A stretch of 52,256 nt of DNA from Candidatus Woesearchaeota archaeon (GCA_016185725.1 JACPNA010000020.1:1-52256), one strand, 5' to 3'. Positions 34,601 through 44,484 are shown, counted from the stretch's first letter. Notes: a model not told the origin generated them from the letters alone. Translations and numbers: made by a program.

Positions 34601-34987
34601 TTATTCTTCTTTTTTCTTAGATGTTTTCTTGACGGCTTTTTCTGGGATGGATTTAGTTTCTTTTGCTTTAGCAGTTGTGGGTGTTGCTTCTTTTCCTTGG
34701 CCTTTTCTTATGGCTTTAGGTTTGTCAGCAACTTTTTTTGATTCTTTATCCCAAATGGTCCAGCTTTTTTTAGCAAAGAAGGCTTTCACTGTTTCAGTAG
34801 ATGCTTTTTCTTTGATGTCAAGAATTTCTTCTAATGGTTCGAGATGACGAATGTTCACTTTTTTTCTTCTAACATCGCCATCAACAAGAACGTAATGGTT
34901 ATCCAATTCTTCAACAATAACACACTTTCTACCAGCATCGCGACCAGCAAGCTTAACGCAAATCCGTCCTACTTCGAAGATACTCAT
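34601..34987 (-). CDS. rpl14e: 50S ribosomal protein L14e
   Basis: MSIFEVGRICVKLAGRDAGRKCVIVEELD... KOW-like N-terminus and a Lys-rich tail. ATGA overlap with the L34e stop. Confidence 0.85.
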   Translation of the reverse strand: MSIFEVGRICVKLAGRDAGRKCVIVEELDNHYVLVDGDVRRKKVNIRHLEPLEEILDIKEKASTETVKAFFAKKSWTIWDKESKKVADKPKAIRKGQGKEATPTTAKAKETKSIPEKAVKKTSKKKEE

Positions 34988-35256
34988 TGTACTCCCCTCG
35001 CTTTACGTTGTAACAATAATCTCGTGCATGCAGAACATAATACTCCGCCGAATGGTCGTTCGGGACGTTTGGCGGTTTTGTTCAGGGTACGCATGATGTG
35101 CGGTCGTTCTCTGGGGACACCAGCCAATTGTTTTGCGCAAACAGCACATTTAGCTTTAGCTGGTTTGCGTTTACGGTATTGTAATTTTACAGCTCCGCCG
35201 GGAACTTTTACAAATACTCTTCTTAAAGTTCTGGATTTATATCTTCCTCTGGGCAT
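34984..35256 (-). CDS. rpl34e: 50S ribosomal protein L34e
   Basis: MPRGRYKSRTLRRVFVKVPGG...CAVCAKQLAGVP... Confidence 0.9.
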   Translation of the reverse strand: MPRGRYKSRTLRRVFVKVPGGAVKLQYRKRKPAKAKCAVCAKQLAGVPRERPHIMRTLNKTAKRPERPFGGVLCSACTRLLLQRKARGVQ

Positions 35257-35585
35257 ATTTATCTCTCCTATTCAATTTAATTTTACGGAACGATTAAGGA
35301 TCAGAATTATTTCTTCTGATCTGAGTCGCCTCCAGATCTATCTCAATTATGAGGTGTAGTTTAATATTCTAACGTTTATTTATAAAGATTTCTGGAGAAA
35401 AAATCTTTTTTTCTTAAAAGGAAGCAATTCTTATTTTTTGCACTGCAAAATAAATATGCCCAGATATAAAGATAATCATTTGCTTTATTTTTATATCCAA
35501 AAAAATTGCTTTATTTTAGTTAATGACTAGGGTAATATTATTCTTAACATAACTTTTAAATATATTGCAGTATTATAATAAGAGC

Positions 35586-36488
35586 ATGGATAAAGAGATA
35601 TTGGGTTCTTATATTAAAGCGGGTAAAGTTGCCGCACAAGTGAGAAAGGAAGGTTTGAAAAAATTAGCTATTCCGGATACTTCTTTTTTAGAAGTAATGG
35701 ATTATTGCGAGAAACGTATTATAGAATTGAAAGGACAAATTGCCTGGGCGCAATTGGCGGTGAATGAGGTGGCGGCGCATTATTGTCCGGAAGAGGATGA
35801 TACTTCAGTAAGCAAGGAAGGGCAATTAATCAAAATTGATGTTGGCGTGCATATCAATGGATATATTGCCGATACGGCGGCGACAGTAGAGGTGGGTTCT
35901 TCGAAACAATATAAAGATTATATTACAGCGGCACAAAACGCACTGAAAGCGGCGATGAAATTGGCAAGACCGGGAACGCCGTTGTATCAATTGGGCGAAG
36001 CACAAATTTCAGAGGCAGAAGCGTTGGGGTTTACGACGGTAAAAAATCTTTCTGGACATACGTTAAATCAATATAAAGTACATGGGGGGACTTCCATTCC
36101 AGCGTATAATAATAAAGATAAAAGGGAGTTACAAGATAATGAAGTCATTGCCATTGAACCGTTTGTAACGAATGGCACGGGATTAATCAAGGAAAGAAAT
36201 CCTGCGACAATTTTTATGGTGGAGCAACTACGGTCATCCCGTTCATTATACGGCAAAAAAATATTGGAATCTGTAAAATCACAAAATGGCTTACCGTTTA
36301 CAACCAGATGGTTGACAAGAACATTGGGGAAAACTCCTACGTTATTAGGATTAAAACAATTACAACAAGAGAGGATAATCCAAGCTTATCCGCCGTTAGT
36401 GGAAGTTTCAAAGGGGATGGTGGCACAGTTTGAGAATTCTATGATTGTGAAGGATACGCCGATTGTTTATACGAAAGAAGAGGATTAG
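35586..36488 (+). CDS. map: type 2 methionine aminopeptidase
   Basis: Pita-bread motifs: HYCPEEDD, IDVGVHINGYIADTA, SGHTL and IAIEPF. Internal ATG 35586, with a TATA-like box about 30 nt upstream. Confidence 0.85.
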   Translation: MDKEILGSYIKAGKVAAQVRKEGLKKLAIPDTSFLEVMDYCEKRIIELKGQIAWAQLAVNEVAAHYCPEEDDTSVSKEGQLIKIDVGVHINGYIADTAATVEVGSSKQYKDYITAAQNALKAAMKLARPGTPLYQLGEAQISEAEALGFTTVKNLSGHTLNQYKVHGGTSIPAYNNKDKRELQDNEVIAIEPFVTNGTGLIKERNPATIFMVEQLRSSRSLYGKKILESVKSQNGLPFTTRWLTRTLGKTPTLLGLKQLQQERIIQAYPPLVEVSKGMVAQFENSMIVKDTPIVYTKEED

Positions 36489-37133
36489 TTAAGGGTTATT
36501 TTTCTTTTCTTGTTTATGTTTGATTAATTCTATAATCAAAGGAATAAATGAAGCGATGATGATAATGATTATAAATACAGAAAAGTTATCTTTTACTATA
36601 GGTAAATTGCCAAAGAAAAATCCAGTCCATAAGAAAGTACTGACCCAGAGAAAACCGCCAAAGATGTTAAAAGTCAAGAATTCTTTATAATTCATTTTAC
36701 CAATTCCAGCGACAAAGGGGGCGAAGGTTCTTACGATAGGAACAAATCTTGCTAAAATGATAGTTTTCTTTCCGTGTTTAGCGTAAAATTCTTTGGTTTT
36801 TTCCATGTATTCTGGTTTGAATAATTTCATTCCGGAAAAGAATTTTTCTCCTAATTTATTGCCAATCCAATAATTTACGGAATCGCCAAGTATGGCGGCA
36901 AATAAAAGGGAAAGCCAAATGATAAAAATATTCAAATATTTTTGAGCGGAAAAAGCCCCGATAGTAAATAGTAAAGAATCCCCAGGTAAGAATGGTGTTA
37001 AAACAAAACCGGTTTCAGCAAAAATAACCAAGAATAATAAAATATAAGTTAAAATACCATATTGAGCAATGATTGTGCCGAGATATTTATCTACATGTAA
37101 GATAAGATCGACTAACTTGCTCAAATTTACCAT
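36489..37133 (-). CDS. DedA / VTT-domain membrane protein
   Basis: LFLVIFAETGFVLTPFLPGDSLLF and ARFVPIVRTFAPFVAG. Confidence 0.8.
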   Translation of the reverse strand: MVNLSKLVDLILHVDKYLGTIIAQYGILTYILLFLVIFAETGFVLTPFLPGDSLLFTIGAFSAQKYLNIFIIWLSLLFAAILGDSVNYWIGNKLGEKFFSGMKLFKPEYMEKTKEFYAKHGKKTIILARFVPIVRTFAPFVAGIGKMNYKEFLTFNIFGGFLWVSTFLWTGFFFGNLPIVKDNFSVFIIIIIIASFIPLIIELIKHKQEKKNNP

Positions 37134-37165
37134 AATTATTTGATAATTAGGTTTCTTTAATAAGA

Positions 37166-37333
37166 TTATGGTTTATTAAATTTGGGAATAACAAAAAAAG
37201 CTATTAAGGCTACAATTAAAATTATCAGCCAAAAAACTAACCCATTGATCGTTTTAAGGGCAAAAAGAATCATGTTAGCTAATAAGATTATGACAAAAAT
37301 TATTCCAAATGTTTTTAATGTTTTAGAATTCAT
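37166..37333 (-). CDS. 55-aa two-helix membrane peptide
   Basis: MNSKTLKTFGIIFVIILLANMILF...LVFWLIILIVALIAFFVIPKFNKP. Its ATG overlaps the hisS stop (ATGA), suggesting translational coupling. Confidence 0.45.
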   Translation of the reverse strand: MNSKTLKTFGIIFVIILLANMILFALKTINGLVFWLIILIVALIAFFVIPKFNKP

Positions 37334-38604
37334 TTTAATTTTTTGATGGCGTCGTTAAGAGTTAATAATTGTTCTGTGCCATCGTTCATATCACGAAGCA
37401 AGACTTTTTTCTTGGCAAGTTCGTTATCACCAATAATCATAACATAAGGAATGCCTAAAGTACTAGCATAATCTAAGTTTTTAGAGACACCTTTTTTGCC
37501 TAAACAGAAATCAGCGGCGATGTCTTTTTCGCGCAATTGTTGAACTATTTTTAAAGATTCAGTGATTGTGCCAATCGGCAAGACGTATACTTTAGAAGCG
37601 GTTTTGGTCGTTGCTTTTTTCATGGATTTCAAAGTGTCCATGATTGGTTCTAAGCCAAATGCTAAACCAACCGCGGGAATGTCGTTATTGTTGCCTACTA
37701 ATTTAGCAATCATGTTATCCCAACGACCGCCACCAGCTAATGAGGAATTTACAGGACTGTCAGGACAATATACTTCAAAGACCGTGCCAGTGTAATAGCC
37801 TAAGCCACGGGCTAAAGAAACATCAAAAACGGCATTTTCTATTTTCATTGTTTTCAAATATCCAAATAACTCTTCCAATTCTTTAATTCCTTTCAAGCCT
37901 TCTTCATTATTAATTTTCTTTTGCAAATCTTCTAAACTCATTGAATCTGTAACAATCTTAAACAAAGAATCGATTTGTTTGGCGGAATAACCGCGTTGTT
38001 CTAATTCGGAGATAACGCCTTTCGGACCAATTTTATCGTATTTATCCAAAGCAATGATTGCGGATTCTTTTTCTTTGATTCCGGCTTGTTCTAAAATACC
38101 ATTGAGTAATTTACGATTATTTATTTTTATGATGATATTTAAGTCTAGTTTTTTGAAAACATTATTTACAACACCTAATATTTCGGCATCAGCAAGCAGG
38201 GAAGCACTGCCAATAGTATCAATGTCGCATTGCCAAAATTCTCGATAACGACCTAATTTTATAGGTCCGTCTCGAAATACTTGACCCATTTCATAACGTT
38301 TGAAGGGCATTTTTAAGGTAGGATTCATGCCTGCATAACGGGCGAGAGAGGTGGTTAATTCAAAACGTAAAGCCAACTTACGATCGCCTTGGTCTTTAAG
38401 GGTAAATGTTTCTTTTAAAACATCACTATCAGCACCGGCACCACCTTTGGCAGCAAGAGTTTCAAAACGTTCTAATATCGGTGTTTCTAAGGGCATGAAG
38501 CCGTATAACTCAAATACTTCTCTTAGTGTATCCATTACTTTGTTCTTTAGTATTTTTTCTTCCGGCGGAATATCTCGTACGCCTTTAGCCGTTTGTAATT
38601 CCAT
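37330..38604 (-). CDS. hisS: histidine--tRNA ligase
   Basis: Class II motifs: GVRDIPPEE, FRDGPIKLGRYREFWQCD and GGGRWDNM, plus an anticodon-binding C-terminal domain. Confidence 0.9.
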   Translation of the reverse strand: MELQTAKGVRDIPPEEKILKNKVMDTLREVFELYGFMPLETPILERFETLAAKGGAGADSDVLKETFTLKDQGDRKLALRFELTTSLARYAGMNPTLKMPFKRYEMGQVFRDGPIKLGRYREFWQCDIDTIGSASLLADAEILGVVNNVFKKLDLNIIIKINNRKLLNGILEQAGIKEKESAIIALDKYDKIGPKGVISELEQRGYSAKQIDSLFKIVTDSMSLEDLQKKINNEEGLKGIKELEELFGYLKTMKIENAVFDVSLARGLGYYTGTVFEVYCPDSPVNSSLAGGGRWDNMIAKLVGNNNDIPAVGLAFGLEPIMDTLKSMKKATTKTASKVYVLPIGTITESLKIVQQLREKDIAADFCLGKKGVSKNLDYASTLGIPYVMIIGDNELAKKKVLLRDMNDGTEQLLTLNDAIKKLK

Positions 38605-38648
38605 TGTATTCAGTTCATTAAGTTTTAGTATATTTATATATGTTTTTA

Positions 38649-39398
38649 TTAGTCTAGAGCATTCTTATCGGATAAGGATAATGATCGGATTGTTTCTAGA
38701 GCAATATAAATGGCTTGATTCATTCCATTTTTTACTTTCTCCACATCGGCAAGGCGATAAATAATTTCTGGATTTTTCATAACTTCTTCAGGAGGTTCTG
38801 GTGTATTAACAACCAAAATAGCTCCGGCTTTTAGATTACGAAGTTGAGAAACCAAAAAAACTGCGGAACATTCCATTTCGGAGCTGATCAATCTCTGTCC
38901 AGCTAATTTTACAAAATTACTTGTTGGTTCATAAAATGCATCGTGAGTTCGATTAACACCCAGAAAAAAACGTACATTTGTTTTCTGAGCATTTAATTTT
39001 AACGCTTGGTTAATTTTATCATCTGCAGCAATTGTTACAATTGAGGGGTTATATTCTCTGGTTGTACCATCAGCACAGACCGCAGCGGTAGGTATAATAA
39101 TGTCACCAGATTGCATTTCAGGGAGTAATCCTCCACAAGTTCCAATTCGAATAATTATTTTTGCTCCAATCTGGGAAAGCTCTTCAATAGTTATGGCAGC
39201 AGCAGGACAGCCGATCCCAGTGGAAACTAAGGATAATCTAATCCCTTTATACTCACCATTACAAATACGAAATTCACGATTGAAATTTATCTCTTGAACA
39301 TTGGTCAATAGGGGAATAATCTTGTCTATTCTTCCGGGATCGCCGGGCAAGAGAACATACGGTTCAATCTTATCTATCTTTAAGTGAGGTTGAAACAT
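38649..39398 (-). CDS. nucleoside phosphorylase (Udp/DeoD, PNP_UDP_1 family)
   Basis: LLPGDPGRIDKI, STGIGCPAAAITIEEL and SSEMECSAVF. ATG 39398 lies one nt after the upstream stop. Confidence 0.75.
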   Translation of the reverse strand: MFQPHLKIDKIEPYVLLPGDPGRIDKIIPLLTNVQEINFNREFRICNGEYKGIRLSLVSTGIGCPAAAITIEELSQIGAKIIIRIGTCGGLLPEMQSGDIIIPTAAVCADGTTREYNPSIVTIAADDKINQALKLNAQKTNVRFFLGVNRTHDAFYEPTSNFVKLAGQRLISSEMECSAVFLVSQLRNLKAGAILVVNTPEPPEEVMKNPEIIYRLADVEKVKNGMNQAIYIALETIRSLSLSDKNALD

Positions 39399-39399
39399 T

Positions 39400-40071
39400 T
39401 TATTTCTCCCTAACAATCTTTACAAGATCATAAATATTTTTTAAAGTATAATCCACATAGGATTCATTTGATAATAGATTTGAAGAACTAATCAACACAG
39501 TTGTCATGCCTAATTCTTTAGCTGGTTTCAAATATTGCGGCTCGTCTTCAACAATCATTACTTCATCAGGTTTAATTCCAAATGCCTCACAAATTTGCAA
39601 ATAAGCTTCCTTCTGTGGTTTTCGAATATCTCCTTCACCAGAATAAATTCGCTCAAACTGATCAGCTATACCTAACATTCTTAATGCATTTTTTGCCCAT
39701 ACTTGTGGTGCATTGGTTAATACTACTTTTTTTGTTAAAATATTTAATAACATTTTTTGTAACAACACATCCTCATTACAATATTTAGCGGCATAAATAT
39801 TCCAAGTATTTGTAAAATACAACTCTCGCTCTAATCCAAACTCTTTTTCTAATCCTATACTAATATCTCCTTTATATCTCTCAAAAATATCTTCTCGTAT
39901 TTTCTTAGCATCTTGTAATGAAACAAAAAGCTTGTTAGATAAAAATTTTACTACATTTTGTGTAACTTCATCATAAAACATCGTATTAAATATCGCGTTA
40001 TTACTACCGCTGCCATCAAATTTGTACAATGTTCCATCCATATCAAAAATTATTAATTTATATTTACTCAT
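39400..40071 (-). CDS. HAD-superfamily hydrolase (pyrimidine 5'-nucleotidase-like)
   Basis: LIIFDMDGTLY motif I, VLTNAP and IVEDEP. ATG 40071 overlaps the upstream gene's end by 8 nt. Confidence 0.7.
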   Translation of the reverse strand: MSKYKLIIFDMDGTLYKFDGSGSNNAIFNTMFYDEVTQNVVKFLSNKLFVSLQDAKKIREDIFERYKGDISIGLEKEFGLERELYFTNTWNIYAAKYCNEDVLLQKMLLNILTKKVVLTNAPQVWAKNALRMLGIADQFERIYSGEGDIRKPQKEAYLQICEAFGIKPDEVMIVEDEPQYLKPAKELGMTTVLISSSNLLSNESYVDYTLKNIYDLVKIVREK

Positions 40072-40849
40072 TTTGTTCACTCTCCATGTATTTTATTCTT
40101 GTGTCTATTCTTTGTATATCATAACCCCCTTTCTCCAAAACTTCCAATAACTTGGAATTATATTCTTTACACAAAGAAGTAACATTCTTATCATCTTTTA
40201 AAGAAATGCTCGCCCAAGAAGAGAGATTGTTCCAATAAGGCATTAAATTATTAGTCCCAAATTGTCTTCTTCCATCAATCCCAAAAAAATCTCGTAATTC
40301 TATCCATTCATAAAATTCAAAAGTATAAAGTGAAGATAATTTGTATTTTGGGCTTAATTTTTCTTGTGCAACTTTTCCTACAAATCCAAGAACCAGTTCT
40401 TCTATCTTCAACCCTTTTTGTTCTAACAAAGAACAGACCTTAAGAAGAGTAGTTCCTTCAAAAGAACCAACATCGCCTAATATAATTGATTTGTATGGCT
40501 TCAACAAATCTAATTGTTCCTCTAAGGGTAATGCACCACAACGTTCACCAATAGTTACTTCCCCAGTAATTTTATTAGTAATTCGTGTAGCTTCCAAATA
40601 TCTCTCGGCAAGAGGAAAATAAATCCTATCTAAACTTATGAAAGGTTGATTACGTTCTGCAACTAAACAACTAAGCTTTTGTGAAACATCTTTAGATGTA
40701 GCCTCTTTCTTAATAATTCCTGGAGGGATATACGGCCAAAATTTGAACAAGAAATTTTCTTCTAATAACTTAATCTGTTCTTGTGTATTATTCTCAAGCA
40801 TATACCCTAATTTACGTTCTAAAGTTTCAACAATATCTCGTGTTATCAA
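40064..40849 (-). CDS. hypothetical protein with a phosphoribosyltransferase-like motif; start uncertain
   Basis: KSIILGDVGSFEGTTLL resembles a PRTase PRPP loop. The track ORF starts at TTG without an SD. An SD-preceded ATG lies at 40937, in another frame. Confidence 0.4.
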   Translation of the reverse strand: MITRDIVETLERKLGYMLENNTQEQIKLLEENFLFKFWPYIPPGIIKKEATSKDVSQKLSCLVAERNQPFISLDRIYFPLAERYLEATRITNKITGEVTIGERCGALPLEEQLDLLKPYKSIILGDVGSFEGTTLLKVCSLLEQKGLKIEELVLGFVGKVAQEKLSPKYKLSSLYTFEFYEWIELRDFFGIDGRRQFGTNNLMPYWNNLSSWASISLKDDKNVTSLCKEYNSKLLEVLEKGGYDIQRIDTRIKYMESEQNE

Positions 40850-41056
40850 ATAGGTGAAGACAATCAGTGCTTTCTGGCACCTTAGCCTCTAATTCTATTC
40901 TGTTTTGTAATTTTACCAATTCTTGTGTTCTTTCCATTGTATTCTCCACGTATATTGCTCGTCAGCATATTTTGTTTAAACTATCAAAAATCTCTACGAA
41001 AAAGATAGAGAGTTAGAACTAACAATGATAATGAATTGTACTAGAAAATAATAGAG

Positions 41057-41144
41057 GGCAGCTGGGGGGAATCGAACCCCCTCCGAGAGATGACTGTACA
41101 AAAATTCCACAGTCTCCCATACTAACCGTTATACGACAGCCGCC
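41057..41144 (-). tRNA. tRNA-His(GUG) with a 15-nt canonical intron and a genome-encoded G-1
   Basis: Hand-folded. G-1, acceptor GCGGCTG/CAGCTGC, C73, D arm GTAT-AACGGTTA-GTAT, anticodon stem GGAGA/TCTCT, loop CU-GUG-G, BHB (CTGT/ACAG with bulges GGA and TCA), T arm GGGGG-TTCGATT-CCCCC. TTTTTAAA lies about 30 nt upstream. Confidence 0.85.
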
Positions 41145-41303
41145 ATAGTTAAAACTAGTGTCTTGATTTCGTTTAAAAATCTTTCCTAGAGTGTTGAAAC
41201 TATTAAAATTAGAATTGTTTACAGTGAATACAATCAACTCGTTTCATAGTTTAATATAAATTGGCTTAACTTTAAAAATCTTTGCTTAGAAAAATTAAAA
41301 AAA

Positions 41304-42776
41304 TTAGATTACCAATACTTTCTGTTTTCTAATTACTTTCATTTTAATCTCTTTAGCATAGCCCAAGAATTCTCCGCCGGCTTGAATAGGAAAATCTTTG
41401 CTGCTTTTAACAATAAATTCTTTGCCTTTTAAGGGCAATAAGGGGGCTTTGCCTAAGCCTAATTGAACTAACAACAACGACCATAAGCGCAAGGCTTTAT
41501 TGAAAACAGGGGTGTGATTGTTGATACAAGCTAGACCATACACTTTGCCGTCAGTTGGGTCTACTTTGCCAATTAAAGAACGCATGCCAAACCCATAAAA
41601 AGGGATTTTTGCTAAAGTTAAATTGATGCAATTATCCCAATGTGATTTTTTTTTGTCTATAAATATATCCAAGTCATAACTGGTCTTAACGGTAAAGGCA
41701 GTTATTGCACCACCTTTGAAATAATTCCAGAAACCGGTTTTGGTTCTATCTGTACTTGATCTTAAAACTTCAGCGTCTGTACCCAGACAAAAAAATAAAG
41801 TTTCTTTCTTTTTTCTTTCAAAAGATAATTCTAGAACATCTAATTGAATTTCACGAAAATTGAATAGCGATTGCAGATATTCAAATTTGTTGCCTCGGTA
41901 AAAATAGGAATAGAAGGCATTGCCTGCACCGAGGGGGAAAAAACCCAAGGTTTTCCCTTTCAGCCATTTAGAACTTACAGCGCTTTCGAAAGTGCCATCG
42001 CCACCGGCAATTATAACATACTTATAATTTTTAATTTTTAGGGCTAAATCTTTGAACATGTCGGGATTGTGGAGATTTAAGTAGAGGATAGGGGCATTTC
42101 TTCGTTTAGAAAATTTTTTTAATAAACGACGACGATAAATATTCATAAAACCGCGAGCACCGGGATTGGTCAAGATTATTAGTTTTTCTGACAATATATT
42201 TTTGCCTAATTTTTTCTTTTCGTTTAATCCACGGAGGTAATTATAGAGATTATAACACATAGAGAGGATCACAATAATTACAGTAAGGAATGCTATTAAT
42301 AATTCAGTGATGAATAACCAACTAAATACTTGGAAGGGGGCATCATAATAAGCCAGTATTATTTGAAAAATTAAAATTAATAATAGGGCATATTGAGAAA
42401 TTCTAGTTAAGGGGGTAAATTTATCTTTTTTTAAGACAACGGCATATTTAGAAGACAGCCAACGATAACGATTAACTACTAAATCACGTAATAAGAATGC
42501 GCCTAATGCCCAAGTCCAAAATAAGCCATTAATCCAAAAAAATAGACACAATGCCAAAATAGAGATTTTATCTACAATGGGGTCTAAGAATGTGTGAACT
42601 TGATGATTGCGTTCTCCTTTGCGAAGTATGTATAATTCAATTAATCTAATGATAATACTTAAAATTAATAAAGAAAAGGCAAGAATGGCACCATATTTAG
42701 TGTTTTGCAAGAGATAATAAATTATTGCGCATAACAAAAAGAAGCGAAGGATATTGATTAACTTAATTAATCTCAT
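41304..42776 (-). CDS. fusion protein: CDP-alcohol phosphatidyltransferase-like membrane domain plus diacylglycerol/lipid kinase catalytic domain
   Basis: The N-terminal TM region has HTFLDPIVDKIS (the G/x3/D/x3/D half of the motif). The C-terminal part has LTNPGARG...VIIAGGDGTFESAV...FFPLGAGNAF (DAGK_cat). Confidence 0.65.
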   Translation of the reverse strand: MRLIKLINILRFFLLCAIIYYLLQNTKYGAILAFSLLILSIIIRLIELYILRKGERNHQVHTFLDPIVDKISILALCLFFWINGLFWTWALGAFLLRDLVVNRYRWLSSKYAVVLKKDKFTPLTRISQYALLLILIFQIILAYYDAPFQVFSWLFITELLIAFLTVIIVILSMCYNLYNYLRGLNEKKKLGKNILSEKLIILTNPGARGFMNIYRRRLLKKFSKRRNAPILYLNLHNPDMFKDLALKIKNYKYVIIAGGDGTFESAVSSKWLKGKTLGFFPLGAGNAFYSYFYRGNKFEYLQSLFNFREIQLDVLELSFERKKKETLFFCLGTDAEVLRSSTDRTKTGFWNYFKGGAITAFTVKTSYDLDIFIDKKKSHWDNCINLTLAKIPFYGFGMRSLIGKVDPTDGKVYGLACINNHTPVFNKALRLWSLLLVQLGLGKAPLLPLKGKEFIVKSSKDFPIQAGGEFLGYAKEIKMKVIRKQKVLVI

Positions 42777-42849
42777 ACATTAAGGAAAAGAAAAAGATGT
42801 TAAAAAGCTTTCTAAGATTTAGTATAACGAAAATTCCTATAACCAAAAA

Positions 42850-44484
42850 TTACATGCCCATTCCAGGAGGCATGCCGCTAGTAGGCATATGATTCATATT
42901 ATTTTTATTTGAACCGCCCATGATAACATCGTCAATACGCAGAATCATTTCGGCGACTTCGGTAGCGGAAGACAAGGCTTGAGTTTTAATTTTTAAGGGT
43001 TCTAAAACACCTTCATTCCAGGCGTCCATTATTTCACCGCTAAAGACGTTGATGCCGGCCCATTTTTTTCCTTGATCATGGGCTGCTCTTAATTTAACGA
43101 GGATGTCGAGGGGATCAAGACCAGCGTTTTCAGCTAAAGTTCGAGGGATGATTTCCATAGCTTCGGCAAAGGCTTGAACAGCTAATTGTTCACGCCCATT
43201 TAGTGTGGCCATGAATTTTCTTAAGCTTTGGGCTAGTTCCATTTCTACAGCACCAGCACCGGCGACGACATTACCTTCGTGCAAGACGGCAGCCAAATCG
43301 CCAAGAGCGTCGGTAACGGCGCGTTTTATTTCTTCGGTTACATGTTCAGTGCCACCGTATACTAAGATGGTCACGGCTTTAGGGTTTTTACATTTCTCTA
43401 CAAAGATCATGTCTTCTTCACCAACTTTTTCTTGTCTCACCAGACCGGCTTGACCGAGCTCGCTGCTGCTGAGCTCCTTCCAAGTGCTCATTATTTTTCC
43501 GCTCGTGGCGCGGGCTAGTTTTTCCATGTCGCTTTTTTTTATCCTACGAGCGGCAAGAATACCTTCTTTAGCTAAGAAATGTTGAGCTAAGTCATCAATG
43601 CCTTTTTGGCATAACAAAACATTGGCGCCAGAAGCTTTTACTTTGCTGACCATATCACGCAACGTCCGTTCTTCTTGATCTAAGAAGGAACTTAATTGCA
43701 TCGGGTCGGTAATTTGAATTTTTGCATCAATTTCTGTATTTTTTATCTCTAATGCTGCATCTAATAAAGCTATTTTTGCATTTATGATTTTTTTAGGCAT
43801 TTCCGGATGAACTATTTCTTTGTCTAAAACAATACCTTCTATCAATTCGCTTTTAGAAGTGCTTTCACCAATACGTTTTTCTATTTTAATATCATCTAAA
43901 TTAACAATAAGTTTATTATGTTCTTCAATAGCAACGCGTTTGACAGCAGTTACAATCAAATCAGCCAATAATTCTTTGCTTGCTTCGGCACCTTTGCCAG
44001 TCATGGCAGTAATAGCAATTTTTCTTAATGAATCTTTGTCATCGGGAGATACTTTTTCCGAAAGTTTTCTTAAAATATTTTGGGCTTCGGTTTCGGCGAT
44101 TCTATAGCCTTTGGCAAGAACGGTAGGATGAATATTTTGATCCAACAAATCTTCCGCTTTTTTTAATAATTCGCCAGCAAGCACGACGGCAGTAGTAGTG
44201 CCATCCCCAATAGCTCCTTCTTGAGTTTTAGCAACTTCGATAATCATCTTAGCAGCAGGATGTTCAATCTGCATTTCTTTAAGTATAGTTACGCCATCAT
44301 TGGTGATAATTACATCGCCCATAGAATCGACAATCATTTTATCCATGCCTTTAGGTCCTAAGGTGGTTCGTACGGTCTGAGCAACTGCTTTGGCGGCCAG
44401 GATATTATTACGTTGGGCATCTTTACCGGTTGTTCTCTTAGTGTCTTCTGGTAAAATGAAGATTGGTTGAATGTTGTCGGTCAT
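42850..44484 (-). CDS. thermosome subunit (group II chaperonin)
   Basis: [41 protein letters not shown] and a C-terminal GM-rich tail. Start at internal ATG 44484. Confidence 0.9.
   Translation of the reverse strand: MTDNIQPIFILPEDTKRTTGKDAQRNNILAAKAVAQTVRTTLGPKGMDKMIVDSMGDVIITNDGVTILKEMQIEHPAAKMIIEVAKTQEGAIGDGTTTAVVLAGELLKKAEDLLDQNIHPTVLAKGYRIAETEAQNILRKLSEKVSPDDKDSLRKIAITAMTGKGAEASKELLADLIVTAVKRVAIEEHNKLIVNLDDIKIEKRIGESTSKSELIEGIVLDKEIVHPEMPKKIINAKIALLDAALEIKNTEIDAKIQITDPMQLSSFLDQEERTLRDMVSKVKASGANVLLCQKGIDDLAQHFLAKEGILAARRIKKSDMEKLARATSGKIMSTWKELSSSELGQAGLVRQEKVGEEDMIFVEKCKNPKAVTILVYGGTEHVTEEIKRAVTDALGDLAAVLHEGNVVAGAGAVEMELAQSLRKFMATLNGREQLAVQAFAEAMEIIPRTLAENAGLDPLDILVKLRAAHDQGKKWAGINVFSGEIMDAWNEGVLEPLKIKTQALSSATEVAEMILRIDDVIMGGSNKNNMNHMPTSGMPPGMGM

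Noticed and set aside
34844-35359. Long antisense or overlapping track ORFs: 34844..35359(+), 30710..31225(-), 25908..26318(+), 3227..3712(-), 16064..16497 on both strands, 38351..38764(+), 41019..41237(-), and many 60-100 aa ORFs inside larger genes.
   Set aside because: Each lies opposite to, or inside, a gene with clear family motifs or an RNA gene. They lack SD/TATA signals and have odd composition (for example, Ser/Leu/Phe-rich mirror translations). They are treated as shadow ORFs.
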